From assembly GCA_047601445.1 (NCBI GenBank), contig JASGJH010000001.1, forward strand, positions 7,712,001-7,776,000: 64,000 nt of DNA. The letters are read 5' to 3'. Of this stretch, positions 1-9,210 are shown piece after piece (position 1 is the first letter of the stretch; each line of letters opens with the position of its first letter). A model generated the notes under the pieces. That model saw only the letters and a list, made by a program, of their open reading frames with translations. It made no database searches and was not told where the DNA came from. The position numbers and the translations under genes were made by a program. This stretch comes from Myxococcales bacterium (GTDB lineage: Bacteria; Myxococcota_A; Polyangia; Polyangiales; DASUME01).

Positions 1-763
1 AGGTCAGCGCGAGATCGCGCCCCGGCACGGGCTCCTCGAGCATCACGCGCGCGTCTTTCACCGGCTTGATGCGGGAGCGACGTCCGCGCGCATCGACGTA
101 GACCCGGCGGAACCCGCGCTGGCCGCGCAAGAACGACTCCCAGGCGCGTTCGATGCCGCTGCGACCGGCCAAATCGCCGGCGCGGTAGCCGAGGTCCTTG
201 AGCTGCTCGAGCTCCTCGCCGCTGATCTCGTTGAGGTAGCCGATGGCGTGGGCCGCCAGCTTGCCGAACGGATAGTCGCGCACGGGCACGCTCACCACGT
301 CCACAGCGGGGAGATCGCGTGCGTGGGTCTCCAGCGCCGCCAGCTGTTCGCGCGTGAGCTCGCCCAACATCTGGATTTGGTGGGTGCGTCGGCGCTCCGG
401 CACGCGCGCGAGCTGCGCCTGAAAGGCCGCCTTGCCCTTCTCGTCCAGACCCAGCAGCTCCTCGATGCGCGCCATATCCTCGGGGCCGCGCAGGCGCGAG
501 GGCGTGAGGTACATGCGGAAGGCAGGGCGGTTGCTGGCGATGACCCGGCCGTGCTGGTCGCGCACGACGCCGCGCGTGGCCGGCAGGTCGAGGGTCTTGA
601 CGATGTTCTCTTGCGCGATCGCGGCGTACTCGTCGTGTGCGACCACCTGCAGGTACACGATGCGAGTGAACAGCGTGAGGAACGCGGCACTGACGCCCAG
701 CGCCATCCATTTGTAGCGCTTCTTGAACTCGCCGACCTCGCGACTGACGCTCAAGAGATTCAT
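1..763 (-). CDS. mrdA: Penicillin-binding protein 2 (5' part; runs off the window edge)
   Basis: Manual translation from ATG 763 (ATGA overlap with mreD stop): MNLLSVSREVGEFKKRYKW..., one TM helix, LPATRGVVRDQHGRVIASNRP, RDYPFGKLAAHAIGY, GRSGIERAWESFLRG (PBP dimerisation domain); follows mreCD. Confidence 0.93.
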   Translation of the reverse strand, partial: MNLLSVSREVGEFKKRYKWMALGVSAAFLTLFTRIVYLQVVAHDEYAAIAQENIVKTLDLPATRGVVRDQHGRVIASNRPAFRMYLTPSRLRGPEDMARIEELLGLDEKGKAAFQAQLARVPERRRTHQIQMLGELTREQLAALETHARDLPAVDVVSVPVRDYPFGKLAAHAIGYLNEISGEELEQLKDLGYRAGDLAGRSGIERAWESFLRGQRGFRRVYVDARGRRSRIKPVKDARVMLEEPVPGRDLALT

Positions 764-1290
764 GATGACACCGCCGCCGATTCTTCACGCCGGCGCAGGC
801 CATCGATGCGGCGCACCAGCAGGAAGATGAAGGGCGCGATGGCGCCGGTGGCGAGCGCGGGAGCGAGCAAGGCCACGGCCAGGTGCCGCGCGCTCACCGC
901 GTTGAACGAGAAGGGGGGGCGGAAGATGGCGCGCAGGGCGACCAGCGTGACGGACCCGATGAACGCGGTGAGGGCGGTGATCAGCACCTGCGAGAAGCGT
1001 CCGCGCATCAAGAGGCGGAAGCTCGCCGCGCGCGCCATCAAGAAGGTGGCCACGTGGACGAAGGTCATCAGGCCCATGGCGTTGCCGCAGGCCGAGTCGA
1101 GCAAGAGTCCCATCACGAAGCTCAGAATGGCGCCGCGCTGCAGCGAGATGTCCGGCGCCATGCCCAGGTAGATCACCACCGGCAAGAGCACGTTCGGCAT
1201 CAGCACGCCCAGGTCGAGCACGGTCCCCACGGCGGCCTGCACGGCCACCAGGAGGAACACGAACACGAGCAGGACGACGTCGCGCATCAT
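760..1290 (-). CDS. mreD: Rod shape-determining membrane protein MreD
   Basis: 176 aa hydrophobic protein with PNVLL and GLLLD motifs, between mreC and mrdA with 4-bp overlaps. Confidence 0.88.
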   Translation of the reverse strand: MMRDVVLLVFVFLLVAVQAAVGTVLDLGVLMPNVLLPVVIYLGMAPDISLQRGAILSFVMGLLLDSACGNAMGLMTFVHVATFLMARAASFRLLMRGRFSQVLITALTAFIGSVTLVALRAIFRPPFSFNAVSARHLAVALLAPALATGAIAPFIFLLVRRIDGLRRREESAAVSS

Positions 1291-2162
1291 CGTGGCGGGG
1301 CTCCCGATTGCGAGGTCACGCTGGTGCTCTCGCGCGCACCCTCGGTGAGGATGAACACCTCTTCCAACTTGGAGAAATTCACGGCCGGGGTCACTTCTGC
1401 CAGTTGATACAAGCCGAAGTCGCGCTTCTCCACGTTCGAGATCGAGCCCACCTTCAGATTGGGAGGGAAGCGTCGTCCCAGGCCCGACGTGTACACCGTG
1501 TCGCCCACGCGCACCTCGTCGGCGCGCAGCAGGTACTGGATACGAGCCTTGTAGTTGTCCGTCTCGCCCGTGCCGCGCAGCATGCCGCGCGAGCCCGTGC
1601 GGTGAACCACCACGTCTACGGCGCTGCCCTCATCCACCGTCAGCATCACGTCGGCGTAGCGATCGCCCACTCGGGACACCTGGCCCACCAGGCCCTCGGT
1701 GCTGACCACCGGCATGCCGGCCACCACGCGGTCGTCTCGCCCGCGGTCGAGCCGCACGCGGATGACCCGGAACAGCGGCGAGACGTCCTTCGCGATGACG
1801 CGCGCACTAATCTTCTGTCCGCTGAGTTCGTCGCGAAGAACCAACAAGGTGCGTAGACGGTCGTTCTCGCGTTCGAGTTCCTCCAAATCGCGGACGCGCT
1901 GCTTGAGGCGGGCGCTCTCGTAGGTGAGACGCTCGTTCTCGCGCCCCACTTCCACCAGGTACACGTACTCCTCGATGAAGCCAGACACCCCGGTGGCCAT
2001 GCGAACCGCTACCCACTGAACGGGGGCGCTGATGGCGAGCAGCCAGCGGTCCAGGAGGCTCGCGCGGGAAGGGTCGCTGAGGTTCGCGCGCAGGAAAAAG
2101 AACGGCAGCGCGAGCAACAAGATCGCGGTCAGCTCGTCCTTGTAGCGCCGAAAGAAATTCAC
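1287..2162 (-). CDS. mreC: Rod shape-determining protein MreC
   Basis: N-terminal TM, coiled coil (ENDRLRTLL), GMPVVSTEGLVGQV, GDTVYTSGLG..FP. Confidence 0.95.
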   Translation of the reverse strand: MNFFRRYKDELTAILLLALPFFFLRANLSDPSRASLLDRWLLAISAPVQWVAVRMATGVSGFIEEYVYLVEVGRENERLTYESARLKQRVRDLEELERENDRLRTLLVLRDELSGQKISARVIAKDVSPLFRVIRVRLDRGRDDRVVAGMPVVSTEGLVGQVSRVGDRYADVMLTVDEGSAVDVVVHRTGSRGMLRGTGETDNYKARIQYLLRADEVRVGDTVYTSGLGRRFPPNLKVGSISNVEKRDFGLYQLAEVTPAVNFSKLEEVFILTEGARESTSVTSQSGAPPR

Positions 2163-2390
2163 GCCTCGTCCCTTCCCATTCCGTGCGTCGCCCGGCCTTT
2201 AACCGAGCAAGCGGATGACCCGGGCCTGGCGGCATAGCGCATCGGGCTCGGGATGCCCGTCTAAGGGCCGGAATTTAGCCAGATCGGCGGGGCCCCGTCG
2301 CGTTTTCGGGGCATGTGGTGAGGGGCGTGCCGGGGTGGGTGCTGGCCCAAGGTCTGACGCGAACGGGCGGGGTGTTCGGCCTCTGGGTCG

Positions 2391-2464
2391 TACGCGTGCC
2401 CGTGCCCGTACACGATGTCTGGGCCGTGCGACGGATCCGGGAGGATCGCGTACGGGCACGCGTA
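2391..2464. repeat. Imperfect inverted repeat (REP-like hairpin) between mreB and mreC
   Basis: TACGCGTGCCCGT(GCCCGT)ACACGAT at 2391-2416 is near-complementary to ATCGCGTACGGGCACGCGTA at 2445-2464. Confidence 0.65.
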
Positions 2465-2494
2465 TGGGGAGGGTGTGCGAGGCTGGAAACGGTT

Positions 2495-3589
<1,095 letters not shown>

Positions 3590-3847
3590 CTAGCGAAAAA
3601 GTGCCGCTTTCGGGCGCGAAGGCAATGGACCGGCCAGGTTTAACAGAAGGTGTCGGGAGGATCAAGAATCGGGGGACCTGGGGTCCCGATGAAGGGGCGG
3701 CACGCAGCCGGGCGGCGCTAGCGTGGATTCAGCCCAGCAGGTAACTTTTCGGTCCTTCTAGCGGGCGCTCGCAGGGGAACCTGCCCGCCTGGACGAGGCC
3801 GCTCGGGGGCGGATGAACCGCCCGCTTCTGCAAGGGGTTTCTGCGCG

Positions 3848-5407
3848 ATGAGCACCAACGAGCACGTACGCATTTTCGACACCACGCTGCGCGATGGCGA
3901 GCAATCCCCGGGCGCAACCATGACCCTCGAGGAGAAGCTGCGGATCGCCCGCATGCTCGAGAAGCTCGGGGTCGATATTATCGAGGCGGGCTTCCCGGCC
4001 GCGTCCCCCGGCGAGGTCGAGAGCGTGCGCCGCATCGCGGAGGAGATCGAAGGCTGCGAGATCGCGGGGCTATGCCGCACGCGCCTGGCCGACATCAGCG
4101 CCGCCTGGAAGGCCCTCTCGCACGCCAAGCGTCCGCGGCTCCACACCTTCATCGCCACGAGCAAGCTCCACATGGAGCACAAGCTCAAGCTCAGCGAGGC
4201 CGAGGTGCTGGCAGAGATCACGCGCGGCGTGTCGGCCTGCCGCGAGCTCACGGACAACGTCGAGTTCAGCGCAGAAGACTCCACGCGCAGTGACCTTGGA
4301 TTTTTGCGGGAAGCGTGCACGGCCGCCATCGAGGCGGGGGCCAAGGTCCTCAACTTGCCCGACACGGTCGGGTACACCACGCCCGACGAATACAAGACCA
4401 TCGTGCGCGCCATCCTCGAGATCATCGGCGGCCGCGACGTCATCGTGTCCACGCACTGTCACAACGATCTCGGTTTGGCCGTGGCCAACTCGCTGGCCGC
4501 CATCAGCGCGGGCGCACGCCAGGTGGAGTGCTGCGTCAACGGTATCGGGGAGCGCGCTGGCAACGCGGCCCTCGAGGAGGTGGTGATGGCGCTGCGCGTC
4601 AGACCCGCCCTGTTCCCGGTCAGCACGCGTATCGTCACCGAGCACCTCTACCCCACGAGCCGTCTGGTCAGTGAAATCACGGGGCTCAACGTCCAGCCCA
4701 ACAAGGCCATCGTCGGACGCAACGCCTTCGCCCACGAAGCGGGCATCCACCAGCACGGCGTGCTCCAGAACCGCCGCACCTACGAGATCATGGAGCCCCA
4801 GCAGATCGGGCTCCCCACCAACAACATCGTGCTCGGCAAGCACTCGGGGCGCGCGGCCCTGCGGGATCGCTTGAAGTCCCTCGGCTATGAGCTCGACGAC
4901 ACCCAGCTGTCGCGGGCCTTCGATAGCTTCAAGCGCCTGTGCGACAAGAAGAAGACCATCTACGACGAAGATCTCTATCCGTTGGTGGCCGAGGACTTGA
5001 GCCTCGACGAGACCTATCGGCTGGTGAACGTGGAGTTCAAGGGTGGCAGCGAGACCGCGCCCTGGGCGCGCGTGACCATCGCCGTGGAAGGCGTAGAGAC
5101 CAGCCGCGAGGCCACGGGCGACGGTCCGGTGGAGGCAGTGATGGAGGCCATCAAGGGCATCGCCGACAAGCCGGAGCTCAGCTTGAAAGACTACGAGCTG
5201 AGCGCGGTGTCAGGCGGCGCGGATGCGCAGGGCAAGGTCAACCTTACCGTGGAGGAGGCGGGCCTCGAGTCGCGGGGGCAGGGCCGTCACACGGACGTGG
5301 TGTTGGCGAGCGCGCTGGCCTTCGTGAACGCACTCAATCAGCAGGCCTATCAAAAGCAACTGCACGCACGGAAGTCCGAGGCTCCCGGCGCGGGCAAGGC
5401 ACGCTAG
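3848..5407 (+). CDS. leuA: 2-isopropylmalate synthase
   Basis: IFDTTLRDGEQSPG, HCHNDLGLAVANSL, NGIGERAGNA, LGKHSG and C-terminal regulatory domain (GDGPV, GADAQG). Confidence 0.96.
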   Translation: MSTNEHVRIFDTTLRDGEQSPGATMTLEEKLRIARMLEKLGVDIIEAGFPAASPGEVESVRRIAEEIEGCEIAGLCRTRLADISAAWKALSHAKRPRLHTFIATSKLHMEHKLKLSEAEVLAEITRGVSACRELTDNVEFSAEDSTRSDLGFLREACTAAIEAGAKVLNLPDTVGYTTPDEYKTIVRAILEIIGGRDVIVSTHCHNDLGLAVANSLAAISAGARQVECCVNGIGERAGNAALEEVVMALRVRPALFPVSTRIVTEHLYPTSRLVSEITGLNVQPNKAIVGRNAFAHEAGIHQHGVLQNRRTYEIMEPQQIGLPTNNIVLGKHSGRAALRDRLKSLGYELDDTQLSRAFDSFKRLCDKKKTIYDEDLYPLVAEDLSLDETYRLVNVEFKGGSETAPWARVTIAVEGVETSREATGDGPVEAVMEAIKGIADKPELSLKDYELSAVSGGADAQGKVNLTVEEAGLESRGQGRHTDVVLASALAFVNALNQQAYQKQLHARKSEAPGAGKAR

Positions 5408-5466
5408 CTCGTCTAGAGCAGCGATTTCTCAAGGGCACGGAACCAGCAGAAACGGGTAGAGGAAGC

Positions 5467-6558
5467 ATGAGTAAGCTTGAAGTCTTGGTCACCGCGGGCG
5501 ATGGCATCGGACCCGAAGTGACGCGCGAGGCGGTGCGCGTGTTGGAGGTCATGGCCAAGCGCGCGGGTCTGTCGCTGCACCTGGAGCACGAGCCGTTCGG
5601 TGGCGCCTCGGTGGACGCGCATGGCGTGCCCGCCACGGACGCCCTGCTCAAGCGAGCCACCGAGGTGGACGCGGTGTTGCTCGGCGCGGTGGGCGGACCC
5701 AAATACGACAGCCTGCCGGCCGACAAGCGCCCCGAGAAGGGCCTGCTCAACCTGCGCACGGCCATGGGCGTGTACGCGAACCTGCGCCCCGCCAAGATCT
5801 TTCCCGTGCTCGCCGACGCCTCGCCCCTGCGCAAGGACCTGGCCGAGCGTGTGGACTACGTGGTGGTGCGCGAGTTGATCGGCGGGCTCTACTTCGGCAA
5901 GCCCCGCAGCCTGACCGGTGAGCCCGGCAAGCAGGTGGGTATTAACACGCTCACCTACACCGAGGACGAGATCCGCCGCATCGGCCGGAAGGCCTTCGAG
6001 ATTGCGCGTCAGCGCAACAAGAAGGTGTGCAGCATCGACAAAGCCAACGTGCTCGAGACCATGGTGCTCTGGCGCCGTACGATGGAGGCGCTGGGCAAGG
6101 AGTATCCCGACGTCGCGCTGAGCCACATGTACGTGGACAACTGCGCGATGCAGCTGGTACTCAACCCCGGCCAGTTCGACGTGCTGGTGTGCGAGAACTT
6201 GTTCGGCGACATCCTCTCCGACGAAGCCGGCGCGACCACGGGGTCCATCGGCCTGCTGCCCTCGGCCTCCCTGGGAGAGAAGTGCGCGCTCTACGAGCCC
6301 ATCCACGGCTCGGCGCCGGATATCGCCGGTCAGAACAAGGCCAACCCGCTGGCCGCCATCTTGTCCGTGGCCATGTTGTTCGAGCACACGCTGAAGAACC
6401 GCGCATTGGCCGAGACCATCGAGCGCGCCGTGAGCGCGGTGCTCGACGACGGCCTGCGCACGGGCGACATCTTCCGGGGCTCCGAGGCTGGCAAGAAGTT
6501 GATCGGTACGCGCGAGATGGGTGACGCCGTGCTCGCGAAGCTCGCCGCGCAGGGCTGA
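5467..6558 (+). CDS. leuB: 3-isopropylmalate dehydrogenase
   Basis: [56 protein letters not shown] 5467 after GAGG. Confidence 0.96.
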   Translation: MSKLEVLVTAGDGIGPEVTREAVRVLEVMAKRAGLSLHLEHEPFGGASVDAHGVPATDALLKRATEVDAVLLGAVGGPKYDSLPADKRPEKGLLNLRTAMGVYANLRPAKIFPVLADASPLRKDLAERVDYVVVRELIGGLYFGKPRSLTGEPGKQVGINTLTYTEDEIRRIGRKAFEIARQRNKKVCSIDKANVLETMVLWRRTMEALGKEYPDVALSHMYVDNCAMQLVLNPGQFDVLVCENLFGDILSDEAGATTGSIGLLPSASLGEKCALYEPIHGSAPDIAGQNKANPLAAILSVAMLFEHTLKNRALAETIERAVSAVLDDGLRTGDIFRGSEAGKKLIGTREMGDAVLAKLAAQG

Positions 6559-7074
6559 GCCGAGAGAGAGACGGCTCTCAAGGTCCGTTCAACTTGCTGC
6601 AGACAAGGTTCGTTCAACTCGTCACCGAGCCTCACGTCGCCCTGTCAAAGTAGCTTGCGGGTCTGCAGCGCGATGAGCGTACTTGCGGTGCGCTGCACGC
6701 GCGGGCCATGCAGTCCTGTTCACGGGGTGAACCAGCGACGCGACGCGGGCGCGCGTGAGCCGTTCGCTCGGCGTCATGGCCCGTGAATTGCGCGCAAAAA
6801 AGCCCGCTTTTCGAGGGCGCGCGAGCGCTGTCGCATGACGTCGTACGGGCGCAGCAGCGGCGCCGCTCGCGCGTCCGCATCTCGGGATAAGCGTGCGCTC
6901 TTCACGCAAATCACCCCGCAGATCGCCGAATTGCAGGACGGTTTCGGCGTACCTTCGTGCTCGAAAGATCGCAGTGACAACACGAAGGACATGCCCGAGC
7001 AGCGATCTCTGTGCACGCGAGTTGGGGTAGGGTAAGGCTCTGCTAGCTCCTTTAGCTTTGGTTGGGAGGCACGC

Positions 7075-9084
7075 TTGTCCACTCACGCATCCGAGCCGTT
7101 TCAAAGCGACGCACACCTGCGCAGCACGCTCGAGGCCGCGGGGATCGGAACCTGGGAGTGGGACCTCGCGCGCGACTGCGTGCGCTGGTCCGAAAATCTC
7201 GAGCACGTCATCGGTGTGCCCATGGGGAGCCTCGGCACCACGTCGAGCGAGTGGCTGTGCATGGTGCATCCAGAGCATCGGCTGCGCGTCGCCAAGGGCG
7301 TGGCGGACTTCATCGATGGGACCGGCCCCTCGGAGATCGAGGTCTGCGTGCAGCGCCCCGACGGCAGCACCTGCTGGCAGAGTATGCGCTGCTCGTGCGT
7401 GCGGGACGAGGCGGGACGACCGCTCTACCTGCGCGGCATCGCCATGAACATCAGCGCGCGGCGCCAGGCCCAGCAGCGCGCGGCGGAGCTTGCCGAGAGT
7501 CTGGCCATCCGTGAGCGCCAGCTGAGGTTGAGCAATCAGGCCATCGAGGCCGAGCGAGCCCGCTTGCGCGCCGTGCTGCGGGACGCGCCGGCGGCCATCA
7601 GCATTCGCAGTGGTCCCGAGCTCGCCCTGAGCTTCGTAAACCCCACCTTTCGCGCGCTGATGGGGGAACGCTTCGAGGTCGGTCAGCCCCTGGCCGAGGC
7701 GGGCCCCGAGTTCGAGCGTTGCAGCGCGAAGCTGCGTCAGACCTTCGCGAGCGGTGAGCCCTACCGGGTGAACGAGGAGTGCTTTCCCATCGACGGGCAG
7801 GGCGAGGAGTCGAGTCATCGCTACTTCAACCTGCTGCTTCAGCCCATGCGCAACGCGCAGGGCGAGGTGGACTCCGTGGTCTCCTTCGCCGTGGATGTCA
7901 CCGAGCAGGTCGAGGCGCGTCGGCGCGCCGAGGAGCTGGCCCACGAGGCCGAGACGGCGAACCGCACCAAGGACGAGTTCTTGGCCATGCTGGGGCACGA
8001 GCTGCGCAACCCGCTGGCGCCCATTCTCACCGCCATCGAACTGATGAAGCTCCACGACGCCGGCTACTTCCCGCGCGAGCGCGCCGTGATCGAACGTCAG
8101 GTGAAGTACGTCATGCGTCTGGTGGACGACCTGCTCGATGTGTCCCGCATCGCCCAGGGCAAGGTCTCCATCGAGCGTCAGCTGGTGGATCTCGCCAAAT
8201 GCGTGGTCACCGGTATCGATCTTGTGCGTCCGTTGATCTCCCAGCAGCGCCACTCCCTGTCGGTGCAGCTCCAGGAGGGCACGCAGGTATTCGGCGATGC
8301 CACGCGCTTGGCCCAGGTGTTCGCCAACCTACTCAGCAACGCGGCCAAGTACACCGGGCCGGGTGGGCACATCGAGGTGGGTTCGGAGTTCGAAGGCGAC
8401 GAGATCAGGGTCTGGGTTCGCGACACCGGCATCGGCATTCGCTCGGAGATCCTGGCGAGCGTATTCGAGCCCTTCGTGCAGGAACGTCAGACCATCGATC
8501 GCTCGGGCGGAGGACTGGGACTCGGTCTCGCCATCGTGCGCTCGTTGGTGGAACTGCACGGCGGCAGCGTGGAGGTGGAGAGCGCCGGACATGGGCGGGG
8601 CAGCACCTTCAGTGTGCGACTGCCCGCGGCTGCCCGCATCGCTGAACCTGCGTCGCTGGTTCCCGCCGCCGAGGCCCCGCCCAGCGCCAGTTGTCGCCGA
8701 ATCCTGGTGGTCGATGACAATACGGACGCTGCGGAGCTGCTCGCGGACGCGCTGCGCTACCTCGGTCACACCGTGACCACGGCCCACGAGGGTCGGGTCG
8801 CGCTCGACGTGCTCGACCAGTTCGAGCCCGACCTTGCCCTGCTCGACATCGGGCTGCCAGGGATGGACGGTTACGAGCTGGCACGCCGGATTCGCTCGGA
8901 CTCCAATCACTCGACTTTGCAGTTGATCGCGGTCACGGGTTACGGCGACGGGAAAGCGCGCCAAGCGGCCCACGACGCGGGCTTCACCGGGCATCTCGCC
9001 AAGCCTGTGGACCTTCCTGCCCTACTGGAAGTCATCGCGCGCGGTGCCAAGTCCATGTCCGGACAGGCCCTCAGCGTGAAGTAA
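7075..9084 (+). CDS. Cytoplasmic hybrid histidine kinase (PAS-PAS-HisKA-HATPase-REC)
   Basis: GIGTWEWD PAS start, FLAMLGHELRNPL H-box, NLLSNAAKY, DTGIG, GGLGLGL, REC with VVDDN/LLDIGLP/TG/KP. Confidence 0.93.
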   Translation: MSTHASEPFQSDAHLRSTLEAAGIGTWEWDLARDCVRWSENLEHVIGVPMGSLGTTSSEWLCMVHPEHRLRVAKGVADFIDGTGPSEIEVCVQRPDGSTCWQSMRCSCVRDEAGRPLYLRGIAMNISARRQAQQRAAELAESLAIRERQLRLSNQAIEAERARLRAVLRDAPAAISIRSGPELALSFVNPTFRALMGERFEVGQPLAEAGPEFERCSAKLRQTFASGEPYRVNEECFPIDGQGEESSHRYFNLLLQPMRNAQGEVDSVVSFAVDVTEQVEARRRAEELAHEAETANRTKDEFLAMLGHELRNPLAPILTAIELMKLHDAGYFPRERAVIERQVKYVMRLVDDLLDVSRIAQGKVSIERQLVDLAKCVVTGIDLVRPLISQQRHSLSVQLQEGTQVFGDATRLAQVFANLLSNAAKYTGPGGHIEVGSEFEGDEIRVWVRDTGIGIRSEILASVFEPFVQERQTIDRSGGGLGLGLAIVRSLVELHGGSVEVESAGHGRGSTFSVRLPAAARIAEPASLVPAAEAPPSASCRRILVVDDNTDAAELLADALRYLGHTVTTAHEGRVALDVLDQFEPDLALLDIGLPGMDGYELARRIRSDSNHSTLQLIAVTGYGDGKARQAAHDAGFTGHLAKPVDLPALLEVIARGAKSMSGQALSVK

Positions 9085-9210
9085 GGTCGCTCCTGACCGA
9101 CCCCGATTGGGAAGTCTTTTCGGGGTGAGCGACCGCTGCCAAAGGTCCGTTCGCGACTCGCGATGCTTGTTTCCTCGCGATTGTCCGCGGCGGGAGTAAT
9201 CTTTGCCCTG

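Noticed and set aside
248..1171. Long antisense/alternate-frame ORFs (also 6622-8253, 9601-12135, 30036-31343, 59918-61078 and many others)
   Set aside because: Shadow ORFs of high-GC genes: Arg/Ala/His-rich, no motifs, overlapping well-supported genes
6559..7074. ncRNA or small gene in the 500-bp gap after leuB
   Set aside because: Only short hairpins (e.g. GAGCCG/CGGCTC at the stop) and unconvincing ORFs; no recognisable motif
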